The position numbers were made by a program, and so were the translations under genes. A stretch of DNA of 64,000 bases from Faecousia sp. GTDB taxonomy: Bacteria; Bacillota; Clostridia; Oscillospirales; Oscillospiraceae. Under the pieces are notes generated by a model. It was not told the origin of the DNA, did no database searches, and saw only the letters and a list, made by a program, of their open reading frames with translations. Numbering within the stretch: position 1 is the stretch's first letter; every line of letters starts with the position of its first letter. Location: positions 12,707-76,706 of the forward strand of contig JAZRKL010000139.1 in the NCBI GenBank assembly GCA_045646265.1, written 5' to 3'. Positions 19,079 through 28,747 of this stretch are shown here, piece after piece.

Positions 19079-19543
19079 TCACTTTGGCGGTTTTATGATT
19101 GTATAGAGCTTATGGATGGGACGGCGGAGGGGGAAAAGCCAGAGCCAGATGGTCTCAAAAAAGTTCCACCAAAAAGTGCCGGGCTTGAGATCTTTTCCCT
19201 TACGGGTGACCCGGGTCACAATTGCAATGATCTGATCCGGCCGGATGCCGGGTTCCAGTTCTGTCTGGGCATCGCCCACCATAGTATACCCTTCTGGTTT
19301 CACGGCATAAACACGGTGCAGAACATAGGCGCCGTTATCCCGGCGGTACAGCAACGCATCCCCCCGCCGGGCCGGGCGGGTCATCCGTGAAAGAAATACG
19401 GTATCTCTTCCGTGGATCAGAAAAGGGCTCATGCTGTTTCCGGTGATGGTCAAAGGCAGCTCCCTAACACCCTCTTCCTGCAATAGTTTGCGGTATTCCT
19501 CCAGGAGCAGCTCCGGAGGAAGCGTCTTATTTTCGACTCTCAT
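19079..19543 (-). CDS. S24/S26-family serine peptidase
   Basis: GNSMSPFL (catalytic Ser), VLHRV, GD motif. Confidence 0.85.
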   Translation of the reverse strand: MRVENKTLPPELLLEEYRKLLQEEGVRELPLTITGNSMSPFLIHGRDTVFLSRMTRPARRGDALLYRRDNGAYVLHRVYAVKPEGYTMVGDAQTELEPGIRPDQIIAIVTRVTRKGKDLKPGTFWWNFFETIWLWLFPLRRPIHKLYTIIKPPK

Positions 19544-19560
19544 TTCGGTACCCACCTTTC

Positions 19561-20745
19561 TCACAAGCCCAGCTTTTCATACAGATTTTTGATACGCTGG
19601 ACCTCGGTAAGGTCGGCAGACATGATACTCTGGGCCTCCTGGGCATGCTGATGCCAGGTATCCCTGGTTTTGACCAGACGGTGGACCCATGCCGCAGGCA
19701 GCAGCCAAGGCTTCTCCTGCAGATATGTATAGCGGCTTTCGATGGTCTTTGCGGAGGGGAACAAGCGTTTGGCAAAGGTTCCCACACGTGAGATCTTTTC
19801 ACTGTCCCGATTTTGGTTTTTTAGGGAGTTGGTACCGCTGTCCCTGGCCGACTTGCCGAAAACGCCGCCGGAAAGGGTAAATTCCAGGAAAGTGTCCCAA
19901 GTGTCCGCCGCTATAGACCTCAGCTGCAGAGGGCTTTCCACTCCAAAACAGCGCTGGGTCAAGGTTAAAACCGCATTGGCAAAATTCCAAAGCTGCAGCT
20001 TTTCAAGTTCCCACCGGATATACTCCCAATCCGGGTCAGAGCCATAGTGCCGGATAAAGGCAGCCACATCCAGATACATCCGGATTCCCGCCCCGGAGCC
20101 TACCACATGCTTTGCGATATGGGTGATCATATAAAGGAAGTGGAATTCCGGGGTAAAGCGGTAGCTGCAGCCGGATTCCGGCAGAACATGGTCCCAAGCA
20201 GCATCAAAATAGGCCCGGTGATTCGCCTTATCGGAGACATCGATTTCCATGATTTTGGTGTGGATCTCGTAGAATTCCTCCTCCCGGAGGTAGCTGTACA
20301 CCGGCTCCCAATCGTGATCCAGTCGGTAACCCAGAGAGAGCATTAAATCATTGCATTTCTGCCTATCCTCGGGATGGATCACCAGATCAATATCGCCATA
20401 GGTCCGAAGCTCCGGCACGGGGTAGCATTCCCGAAGCACATAGCCCTTCATGACGATATGATCGATCCCTGTCTCATTGAACCGTTCAAACAGGACTGCA
20501 GCCTGTGCCGCCCGGCGGTTAAACCCATGGATCGTATTCAAACAGATGCCGCGGAGGGTCTCTTTCATCTGCGGTTCGGAGCAGATGGGCCACGACATTG
20601 CCATATAGCACAGAATTCCGGCGACGGAATGGATATTTGACAGCTGAAAAAGCCTGCTCCAATTCAGATCTCCGGGTTCCTCCGGTTTTTCCTGCCGCAA
20701 AAAGGCCCCCAGAAGATGGAGCAGATATTCAGATTCACGATCCAT
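19561..20745 (-). CDS. Nucleotidyltransferase family protein (NTP_transf_5-like)
   Basis: MKGYVLRECYPVPELRTYGDIDLVI, EIH, HIAKH...GIRMYLD; AAGGAGG RBS before 20745. Confidence 0.85.
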   Translation of the reverse strand: MDRESEYLLHLLGAFLRQEKPEEPGDLNWSRLFQLSNIHSVAGILCYMAMSWPICSEPQMKETLRGICLNTIHGFNRRAAQAAVLFERFNETGIDHIVMKGYVLRECYPVPELRTYGDIDLVIHPEDRQKCNDLMLSLGYRLDHDWEPVYSYLREEEFYEIHTKIMEIDVSDKANHRAYFDAAWDHVLPESGCSYRFTPEFHFLYMITHIAKHVVGSGAGIRMYLDVAAFIRHYGSDPDWEYIRWELEKLQLWNFANAVLTLTQRCFGVESPLQLRSIAADTWDTFLEFTLSGGVFGKSARDSGTNSLKNQNRDSEKISRVGTFAKRLFPSAKTIESRYTYLQEKPWLLPAAWVHRLVKTRDTWHQHAQEAQSIMSADLTEVQRIKNLYEKLGL

Positions 20746-20761
20746 ACAGGAGACCTCCTTT

Positions 20762-21640
20762 TTAAGAATTATCAGGGTAAAGATCGACAACAACGATCTG
20801 AGGTAGATTATTAATTCTGGGGATCCCGGGGCTGGCGCCAAGTCCGGTGGAGAGAATGCAGGTGGCTTTCTCTCCCGCGTAGATGCCCTCAATATACTTT
20901 GGAAATACCCCTACATAAGGGGCATACAGTCCACCTATCAGAGGCAGGCGGATCTGCCCGCCGTGGTAATGGCCTGTTAAGACCAGATCCACCGGAAAAT
21001 CATCGATATATCCCCAATCCAGCCAAGTGGTGGGGATATGATTAAGCAGGATCTTGAACCGCTCCGTATCCTCAAATGCCAGCGTGAAGTCAAATTCCCG
21101 CTGCCATTGTTCCTGGGTAACCTCGAGCATATTCGGCTGTTTCCAATAGCCGTGATGGCCGCCAAGCCGCAGCTCCTGCCCGTTGACGGTAATATCCAAA
21201 TACGCTATATCCAACACCACCGCGCCTGCTTCACTTAAAGCAGGTGTCAGGCTTTCTTGATGATTTTTCATCCATGCATATTCGTGATTGCCGTAGCCGT
21301 AGTAAACAGGGGCCGTTTTTACCAGCGCCCGGATCAGATCGCAGACCACATCAGCATTTTCGTCCGACTCATCCAGCATGTCCCCGGTCATTGCGATGAT
21401 GTCCGGCTCCAGCGCCTCCACCTGTGCGATCAGGTCGGCATTTTCCTCGCCAAAGCTCCAACCGTGAAGATCCGAAAGCTGCACGATCCGCAAAGATTCC
21501 TCCAACCGGGAAAGGACCGTATAAGAGGCAACTGAAAGCTCCCCCCGGCACCGCCGGGCAGATTGCCAGATCAGGATGCCTGATATCACTGCGCAAAGCA
21601 GCAACAAGGAAAGGGATAGTATCAGGATTTTCTTTTTCAT
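20762..21640 (-). CDS. Membrane-anchored metallophosphoesterase
   Basis: SDLH, TGDM, GNHE and GHYHGGQ motifs; N-terminal TM. Confidence 0.9.
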   Translation of the reverse strand: MKKKILILSLSLLLLCAVISGILIWQSARRCRGELSVASYTVLSRLEESLRIVQLSDLHGWSFGEENADLIAQVEALEPDIIAMTGDMLDESDENADVVCDLIRALVKTAPVYYGYGNHEYAWMKNHQESLTPALSEAGAVVLDIAYLDITVNGQELRLGGHHGYWKQPNMLEVTQEQWQREFDFTLAFEDTERFKILLNHIPTTWLDWGYIDDFPVDLVLTGHYHGGQIRLPLIGGLYAPYVGVFPKYIEGIYAGEKATCILSTGLGASPGIPRINNLPQIVVVDLYPDNS

Positions 21641-21644
21641 ATTT

Positions 21645-22685
21645 TTATTCTTTGGTTCTGCTCAGCCTGCGCCGGACTCTTTCTGCCAGAGCTTTCATGC
21701 CGCCGCTCTTCAACACACTTGCACAGACCTTTGGCAGCCGCCTGATCTGGGCAATATGAGGATGAAGCGCATCATGGATGCTCTTTCGCTCCTCGTCTGT
21801 CAGTGTAAGGGTGTCCATGGGATTCTCCTCCAACAGGCGGAGCATATCTCTGCGGATCTCTCCTGCCCGGTCCGGACATTTTAATTCATACCGGACCCGG
21901 TGGGAATACCAGGCAGCATTTGTCAGATACATTGCACAGAATTGCTTTTTCATTGTTTCATAGTGAATACTTTCATAAAAATGTACTTGTTCCATCAACG
22001 CCCATAAAAGGTCCAGTTTTTTAATAGAAAAATCACTTTTCGTTGTTCCGCAACTATTCACCCAATAAAAATAATACTTCCCTGCTATCACAGCTACCTG
22101 CTTTGCCTCATAAAGCCACTTACACACAACCGCATTATCTTCATATATCCGTCCAGGAGCAAGCGGTAGCTTGCAAATTATTTCCTTGTGTATCAGCTTT
22201 CCCCAGATAACCCAATATCCATAATCTGCATTTTTGCGAATCCAGTTCAACCCATATTCATCCGTTTTGGAAACACAATATTCAAGCACTATATGATCAT
22301 TAAAATCCTGTGGAATTACTTCAGCTTCCAGTGCGCTGCACATACTAATGCTTGAATTACTTTCAATAACCGCTCTGTATAAATGCTCCAGCATCTGTGG
22401 ATGAATCATATCATCGCTGTCCACAAAGCAGACCCATTCACCACGAGCCACCGCAACAGCATGATTTCGGGCAGCAGCCTGCCCCTGATTCTCCTGATGG
22501 ATCACCCGGATACGGCTGTCCTTTGCGGCATACTTGTCACAAATAGCGCCGCAGTTATCCGGGCTACCATCGTCCACAAGGATCAGCTCGAAGTCAGTAA
22601 AGGTCTGCGCCAGGATGCTGTCCACGCAGCGGTGTATGTACTTTCGGGCATTATATACGGGTACAATAGCGCTGATCGTGGGCAT
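21645..22685 (-). CDS. Glycosyltransferase family 2
   Basis: IVPVYN, VDDGSPD, FVDSDD, YED. Confidence 0.9.
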   Translation of the reverse strand: MPTISAIVPVYNARKYIHRCVDSILAQTFTDFELILVDDGSPDNCGAICDKYAAKDSRIRVIHQENQGQAAARNHAVAVARGEWVCFVDSDDMIHPQMLEHLYRAVIESNSSISMCSALEAEVIPQDFNDHIVLEYCVSKTDEYGLNWIRKNADYGYWVIWGKLIHKEIICKLPLAPGRIYEDNAVVCKWLYEAKQVAVIAGKYYFYWVNSCGTTKSDFSIKKLDLLWALMEQVHFYESIHYETMKKQFCAMYLTNAAWYSHRVRYELKCPDRAGEIRRDMLRLLEENPMDTLTLTDEERKSIHDALHPHIAQIRRLPKVCASVLKSGGMKALAERVRRRLSRTKE

Positions 22686-22713
22686 AGTTTTTCCTCCTGT
22701 TAATTACTTAGCC

Positions 22714-23841
22714 TTACTTTTCGAACGAAGATTTCACGGGTAACGCTTCTTCAAATACTTTTTGGATTTCCTGTTTTAATGCGGAATATTGTTCTCTCGT
22801 CACATTCTGCGAATCGTTTATACAGATCATTCGATATTTCTCATTACGTATAGCATCAATTAGTTCATTTTTCTGTTGTGTAGGGTTCCAAAAGTTTTTT
22901 CCATGATGTTCAAAACTAACAGGCGAAAACGCCCCCTCCATCATTGCCCATAGGGAAACGATTTGATGCAATAAATCTTTGGGTGTTCTAAATTTGTGCT
23001 TTGATGTTTCTGCCATACAATTTGGGATATCTTCCCAAACTTTAAAAAATGTACTTTTTTTAAAAGCTATACCCAAATGCGGAAAACACATACCCAAAAT
23101 ACATTCTTCATCAAAGATGTATAAATTACGCCTTGCCATATCACCATATTGATAAGCAAACCACTTTTCCGAGAAATTCTCAACACTTTTTTTTATTTTT
23201 CCCTTAAAAAAAGTGTTAGTATATCCTATTGTGGTAAACTGCATATGATAAAAGTCACAATTGTTGTCGTTCCAAATTGGTTGGGATACAGCCGTGTATA
23301 CTGGCAGTCCTCCACGAAAGAAATCTTCTGGCTCTACTGGACGACTTAAAAACATATCATCATTAAAATAAACAAAATGCTCACTCAAGTCATGAATGCG
23401 ATGTAAATTTATTTCTATCGGATTGCAGTTAAATGTTGGTAGATATTCCTCGGGTATAAAATCTAAATGTTTTACAATCTTCAATTTGGGGCACTCTTGA
23501 TCAAGCCATTCTGGTAAATGCCCCCATGTGACCAAAAAAACATTCCGTACCCAAGGTGCATATTTTTCAACAGCGCGGAACCAATAACGGAAGATGTCCC
23601 AATCCCGATAACGCTCTTCTCCGTTATCTGTATTGGAATTTGCAATTCCTACTATCTTCTCATATTTTGCTTTTTCTGCCTGCCATTCCGGATCACTTCC
23701 ATCCACCCAAGTAACAACAAAATCAATTGGATAGTCCATCTTTTCAATTGGCATATATTGCGATTTGCGACGGCCCGTCAGAAACAGTTTTTCTCTATAG
23801 ATTCGATAACGCAAATCTCCGTAAAATCTTCGTATTCCCAT
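22714..23841 (-). CDS. Stealth-family hexose-1-phosphate transferase (AT-rich)
   Basis: IDFVVTWVDGSD, LPTFN, YFNDDMF, ICIND; GAAAGG RBS before 23841. Confidence 0.9.
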   Translation of the reverse strand: MGIRRFYGDLRYRIYREKLFLTGRRKSQYMPIEKMDYPIDFVVTWVDGSDPEWQAEKAKYEKIVGIANSNTDNGEERYRDWDIFRYWFRAVEKYAPWVRNVFLVTWGHLPEWLDQECPKLKIVKHLDFIPEEYLPTFNCNPIEINLHRIHDLSEHFVYFNDDMFLSRPVEPEDFFRGGLPVYTAVSQPIWNDNNCDFYHMQFTTIGYTNTFFKGKIKKSVENFSEKWFAYQYGDMARRNLYIFDEECILGMCFPHLGIAFKKSTFFKVWEDIPNCMAETSKHKFRTPKDLLHQIVSLWAMMEGAFSPVSFEHHGKNFWNPTQQKNELIDAIRNEKYRMICINDSQNVTREQYSALKQEIQKVFEEALPVKSSFEK

Positions 23842-23855
23842 ATCGACTACCTTTC

Positions 23856-25136
23856 TCAGTGCACCGACAGGATCTTTGGCTTCGGCAAACAAATATTTCC
23901 CCACTGTCTATTATTCCACACAATTGCAGATTCCCCATGCAAGGTGGTTTTAGTAAAACAAAGTCCACGCACGAAATCGATATTAATGTTGTTGCCAGTT
24001 GCATCACGATAAAAGAAATTATATTTCATTTTATAGCAAGCATCCATTAGCGGACAAACATTAAATTGCAATAATGCTTGACCAATGTCTTCCTTTTTTC
24101 CACTATAAAACTCGTACAACACATACGACCCAATCGGTGTTTCTTCCATTGTCAAAATTTCTACTCTTAAGCAGATATCTTGAACATCCCTTAGATTTAT
24201 CCATTTCAAATTTAGTACAATCTGCTCGCCAGCATCAAAGATATTATTCTCTTTGCCGTCAAAAGCAACTGTGAGCAACTTAATTTGTGGATTTATCAAC
24301 CATTGAGGACGCGTCCATTCAGAAAAATCCATGGAAAGCTCGCTGTTGAAACCTACATCCATATAAACGCCAATCGCCTCTTCCACCTCTCCCTCAAAGA
24401 CCACCTTTCCCTTATCCAGCACGACACATCTGTCGCAGAGCTGGCGGATGGTGTTCATATTATGGGAGACATAGAGGACGGTTCTGCCCTCTTTCTTTGC
24501 GGCATCCCGCATCTTATCCAGGCACTTTTTCTGGAAGGCCATATCGCCCACGGCCAGAACCTCGTCCATGATCATGATCTCACTGTCCAGATGTGCCGCC
24601 ACGGAGAAGGCCAGCTTCACATACATACCGGAGGAATACCGCTTTACCGGGGTATCAATAAACTCCCGAACCTCGGAGAATTCGATAATATCCTCCATTT
24701 TGGCATCGATCTCCGCCTTGGTCATGCCAAGAATCGCGCCGTTGAGGTACACATTCTCCCGGCCTGTCATTTCGCCGTTGAAGCCGGTGCCCACCTCCAG
24801 CATGGAGGCCACCCGGCCATAGATATCGATCTCACCCTCAGTGGGGGCTGTGACCCGGCTGAGCAGCTTCAGCATGGTACTCTTGCCCGCGCCGTTGCCG
24901 CCGATGATGCCCAGCGCTTCGCCCTTATACACCGTCAGGTCGATGCCGTTCAGTGCCATAAAGGTCTTGCCAACTAAGCGCTGGTCTGTACCGATCCGGG
25001 TATTGGGATCCTCCTTGCCCCGGACTCTCGCCCACCAGCTTTGGAGATCCGCCGTCAGCGTACCGCCGCCGATCTGGCCCAGCTTATACATTTTCTTTAC
25101 GCCGGAGAGCCGGATCGCAATTTCTCTATTATCCAT
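23856..25136 (-). CDS. wzt: Polysaccharide ABC transporter ATPase with C-terminal Wzt_C domain
   Basis: GGNGAGKST, YSSGM, DEVLAVGD. Confidence 0.9.
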   Translation of the reverse strand: MDNREIAIRLSGVKKMYKLGQIGGGTLTADLQSWWARVRGKEDPNTRIGTDQRLVGKTFMALNGIDLTVYKGEALGIIGGNGAGKSTMLKLLSRVTAPTEGEIDIYGRVASMLEVGTGFNGEMTGRENVYLNGAILGMTKAEIDAKMEDIIEFSEVREFIDTPVKRYSSGMYVKLAFSVAAHLDSEIMIMDEVLAVGDMAFQKKCLDKMRDAAKKEGRTVLYVSHNMNTIRQLCDRCVVLDKGKVVFEGEVEEAIGVYMDVGFNSELSMDFSEWTRPQWLINPQIKLLTVAFDGKENNIFDAGEQIVLNLKWINLRDVQDICLRVEILTMEETPIGSYVLYEFYSGKKEDIGQALLQFNVCPLMDACYKMKYNFFYRDATGNNINIDFVRGLCFTKTTLHGESAIVWNNRQWGNICLPKPKILSVH

Positions 25137-25148
25137 TTCCGGTCCTCC

Positions 25149-26012
25149 TTACACAGTATCCATAAAGGTCTTTTCTACCCGGTTGAAGATCATCACGCCC
25201 GCCACCGCCACAATGACGGTAACGCACCAACTGACCGCATAATATACCGGATCTACCGTTCCCTGCCCCAGCACCGCATAGCGCAGAAGCTCCACCGGAG
25301 CCGTGACCGGGTTGATCATGACCACGCTCCGCATCCAGCCGATGCCGATCTCGCTCATGGGATAGACGATAGGAGTCGCGTACATCCAAAGCTGAACACC
25401 GAAGGTCACAAGGATGGAAAGATCCCGGTATTTCGTCGTCAAGCTGGACACGATCACGCCGAAGCCCATGCCCAGAAGTCCCAGGTGCAGCAGCACCACG
25501 GGAATCAGCAGCCATGCCCACCAGTTGGGCTGCACCTGACCCATGATCAGATAATAGACCAGGAACACCAGCACCATCAGCATCTGCACCCCAAACTGGA
25601 TCACGGAGGACAGCACATTGGAAATCGGCGTCGTAAGCCGGGGGAAATAGACCTTACCGAAAACACCCGCATTTGCGGTGAAGGTGTTAGCGTTTTTCGT
25701 CACGCAGCCGGAGAAAAAGGCCCAGGCCGCATTGCTGCACAGGTAAAACAGCATCTGGGGCACACCCCCGGTACCGATGCCCGCAATCCCGCCAAAGACA
25801 AAGGCGTACATCAGGGAACTGATCAGCGGATTCAGGAATATCCAGGCAGGTCCCAGAATGGTCTGCTTATAGGTCACCACGAAGCTGCGCTTGGTAAAGA
25901 GCAGGATCAAGTCCCGGTACTGCCAGACCTCTTTCAAATTCAGACTAAACCAACTCCGCTTAGCGGTAATATGGGTATGGTACTGTGTGGTTGCAACAGT
26001 TTTTTCTTGCAT
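25149..26012 (-). CDS. wzm: Polysaccharide ABC transporter permease
   Basis: YKQTILGPAW, KVYFPR, YATPIVYP, INP. Confidence 0.9.
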   Translation of the reverse strand: MQEKTVATTQYHTHITAKRSWFSLNLKEVWQYRDLILLFTKRSFVVTYKQTILGPAWIFLNPLISSLMYAFVFGGIAGIGTGGVPQMLFYLCSNAAWAFFSGCVTKNANTFTANAGVFGKVYFPRLTTPISNVLSSVIQFGVQMLMVLVFLVYYLIMGQVQPNWWAWLLIPVVLLHLGLLGMGFGVIVSSLTTKYRDLSILVTFGVQLWMYATPIVYPMSEIGIGWMRSVVMINPVTAPVELLRYAVLGQGTVDPVYYAVSWCVTVIVAVAGVMIFNRVEKTFMDTV

Positions 26013-26041
26013 GGTTTCTCTTCCTTTTATCTTCAAAGCTT

Positions 26042-26932
26042 TTATGGGCAAAGGACTCTTTTTAACTTGTTTTTAACTCTTTTGAAAAAAGCCGCCCATT
26101 TCGAAAGCGTTATTTTCACATTGTATTTTGTGCGGGAAACAAACAGTTTTCCGGGCTGCTCCATGAGCGCCAGGGTCTGCACTTCCCGTTCATACAGCAG
26201 CTGCCGTGTAAACCGGGTTCCCCAATGCACCAGATGGGTCTGCTGTCCGTTTTTCCGGATCACCGCCCTGCCCTTGGCAATATTAAGATCCATATGATCC
26301 TCATACTCCCAGTAGCAGCAGATGCCCTCCGGACGAAACGGAATGGGTCTGCAACCGGTCAAAGCCATGGAAAGCGCCAAAATCGGCTCGTCACCGGGGG
26401 TGGAGAAGCGACCCTTGAAGCTGAACTTTTCATAATCCCGGGCAATTTGTTTCGCGGTTTCAAAAACTTCCGCCGCCTTAGGCGTTCTGCGGATGTAATA
26501 AATGCCGCCGTGAAGGCCAACGCAATAGCTGACCCTGGACTGCAGATCCCCCAGATCCTCATAATTAAACCAGCCTGTCCGATCCTCCAGGGGCAGAACT
26601 CTTCCGTAGCAGCAGAAGTCATCCGCCTGACTGAAGTGATCAAAGATCTCATTCAGGTCTCCATAGGCCAGACAGTCCGCATCAATGAACACGCTGATAT
26701 CATAAGGCAGATGCTCGTAAAGTGACAGCTTGTCTAAATAAGACCGCGTAGGATTGGAAAGAATAACAGTTTTATCAAATTCCTTTGTGTAGGTGTTCTC
26801 CCGGTCTGCCAGAATGGCAAAAGGCAACGGCTCCGTAGAAAACTGCCGGTAGGATCGCAGCAGATTCGCAGCGATCTTATAATAATGCTCATCACCGGTG
26901 GCAACGGTGAAAAAGCCTATGGTCTGATTCAT
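26042..26932 (-). CDS. Putative GT-A fold glycosyltransferase (GT8-like)
   Basis: VFIDADCL DxD motif, GDEPIL, LVHW; polysaccharide-cluster context. Confidence 0.6.
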   Translation of the reverse strand: MNQTIGFFTVATGDEHYYKIAANLLRSYRQFSTEPLPFAILADRENTYTKEFDKTVILSNPTRSYLDKLSLYEHLPYDISVFIDADCLAYGDLNEIFDHFSQADDFCCYGRVLPLEDRTGWFNYEDLGDLQSRVSYCVGLHGGIYYIRRTPKAAEVFETAKQIARDYEKFSFKGRFSTPGDEPILALSMALTGCRPIPFRPEGICCYWEYEDHMDLNIAKGRAVIRKNGQQTHLVHWGTRFTRQLLYEREVQTLALMEQPGKLFVSRTKYNVKITLSKWAAFFKRVKNKLKRVLCP

Positions 26933-26934
26933 AA

Positions 26935-27690
26935 TTACCTCTTGAAGACTTGTTTTAGTCTATCGTACCGGTTCTGCCCCAAAAGCTTGATCAGCACTCT
27001 GTTTGGGGTTTTCAGAATGTAGCGAAGCTTCTCCTGCCGCCAGCGCTTTTGCTGGCCCTTTTTCCAGGACTCCTCAAACCAGGAAGCATCGAAATGGTGG
27101 ATGGAGTATGTATTTCTGGTCTTAGCCGTAAGGCCAGAGCGCTCGTCCTTGGGGCAGAGATAGTCCTCCGGGTAGATGGTCATTCCGGCTATTCTTTGAA
27201 GCTTCTTCCTGTCCCGGATCAGCCCGTGGGCCTCCAGAAGGTCCGTAGTGATATGAGGGCAAGCCTTCAAAACTTCAAAATCCGTCAGTTCCTCATAGTA
27301 GGCCATGTTTTCCCGGAGGAAGAGATGCCCCGCCTCCGCGGCAAAGCCCAGACCGGTGGCAACCCGGTCCGCATTCTCAAAGCCCATGTAAGCCCCCTGC
27401 TGCACCAGGGGATCCAAGGACCGCACCAGCTCCACATCGGTATCCAGGTACACACCGCCCTGCTCATAGACGATCTTCAGCCGGGCATAGTCGGAAAGGA
27501 AGGCCCATTTTTTCTTTTCCAGCATTGCTTCGCAATAAGCACAGCAGGTCAGATCAAAATTGGACTCATTCCACTCTATGATCCGGTAATCGGGGCAATA
27601 TTTTTTCCAGCTGGCGATGCATTTCTCCACCGACTTCGGAAGAGGATTCCCGCCGAACCAGCAAAAGTGAATGATCTTGGGAATGCTCAT
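26935..27690 (-). CDS. Glycosyltransferase family 32 (DXD sugar-binding)
   Basis: IPKIIHFCWFGG, SDYARL, GGVYLDTDVE. Confidence 0.9.
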   Translation of the reverse strand: MSIPKIIHFCWFGGNPLPKSVEKCIASWKKYCPDYRIIEWNESNFDLTCCAYCEAMLEKKKWAFLSDYARLKIVYEQGGVYLDTDVELVRSLDPLVQQGAYMGFENADRVATGLGFAAEAGHLFLRENMAYYEELTDFEVLKACPHITTDLLEAHGLIRDRKKLQRIAGMTIYPEDYLCPKDERSGLTAKTRNTYSIHHFDASWFEESWKKGQQKRWRQEKLRYILKTPNRVLIKLLGQNRYDRLKQVFKR

Positions 27691-27692
27691 AA

Positions 27693-28739
27693 TTACCTCT
27701 TTATCACTTCTTGCAGCTTTTCCGCCACCTTGCGCAGTCCACCCTCCCGCAGGGTTCGGAGAGCTGCGGATAAAAGCCGCCGAAACTCTGTCAGCCCTGG
27801 GTAGGCCGCCGCATAGCACTGGGGCATATTTTTACGGTTATACTTGCCGCCGCTTTGGCGGATGATCTGAAACATCTGCCGGCGAAGGCTTCGGATATAG
27901 CGCTCATTTTGTTTAAGGTCTTTTTTGTTCTCCCGGATTCGGGTAAGCTGATAGGCAAAATGGTTTAGGTACAGTCTGTGCTCCTTTTCGTAGGCACGGG
28001 AATAGCCCTTTTCTTTATAGAAGTCCAGCTGCTGTTCCATTCCCTCAAAGATCACCAGTTCCTTAGGATTCCACGGGGAATGGCTGATGCCCTCGGCATT
28101 GCGGAAGTAGAAGTAAAGTCCCACATCCGTCAGAGCGATTTTTTCCGTGGAGAAAAATACCTGATATGTGGTGAACACATCCTCAAAGTTCTTCCCCTCG
28201 GGGTAGCGCAGGGTAAGGAACTGCTCTCTGCGGTACAACTTGCCCCAGGCATAGTTAAAGTCCCATTTTCTGGCAAGGAAGAGGTCCTCAGGGTCGTAAA
28301 GGACAGGTTCCGGCAGCGGATCCATGCAATCATACAGGCCGGTAAACTGATCCGTATAGACGCGGCCTACCATGCTCACTTCCGCGCCGGAGACCTCCAT
28401 GCTATGAAGCAGGATCTCCAGGTACTGGGGGTGAATCCAGTCATCGCTGTCGATAAAGGTCAGGTAGGGGCAGGTGCTGTTTTGAAGCATCCATGTGATT
28501 CCGGTATTCCGGGCGGCAGAGAGGCCGCCGTTCTCCCGGTGCAGCACATGAATTCTGGGATCCATAGCAGCATAGGCCTCGCAGATGGCCCCGCAGTTGT
28601 CGGGGGATCCATCATCCACCAATACCAACTCAAACCGCTGAAAGGTCTGGGCCAGAATGCTGTCCACACAGCGGTGAATATATTTTTCCACTTTATAAAC
28701 CGGGACGATCACACAGATCTGCGGCACCATTCCAGCCAC
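27693..28739 (-). CDS. Glycosyltransferase family 2
   Basis: IVPVYK, VDDGSPD, FIDSDD, FED. Confidence 0.9.
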   Translation of the reverse strand: MAGMVPQICVIVPVYKVEKYIHRCVDSILAQTFQRFELVLVDDGSPDNCGAICEAYAAMDPRIHVLHRENGGLSAARNTGITWMLQNSTCPYLTFIDSDDWIHPQYLEILLHSMEVSGAEVSMVGRVYTDQFTGLYDCMDPLPEPVLYDPEDLFLARKWDFNYAWGKLYRREQFLTLRYPEGKNFEDVFTTYQVFFSTEKIALTDVGLYFYFRNAEGISHSPWNPKELVIFEGMEQQLDFYKEKGYSRAYEKEHRLYLNHFAYQLTRIRENKKDLKQNERYIRSLRRQMFQIIRQSGGKYNRKNMPQCYAAAYPGLTEFRRLLSAALRTLREGGLRKVAEKLQEVIKR

Positions 28740-28747
28740 CTCTTTTC

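Noticed and set aside
15214-20745. Lasso peptide cluster
   Set aside because: The leader motif, kinase and NTase resemble lasso clusters, but no lasso cyclase or B2 protease is present and the core is too long
25041-26297. 418-aa plus-strand ORF, and similar long antisense ORFs at 44795, 47730 and 27978
   Set aside because: All lie fully opposite well-supported genes and have shadow-ORF composition
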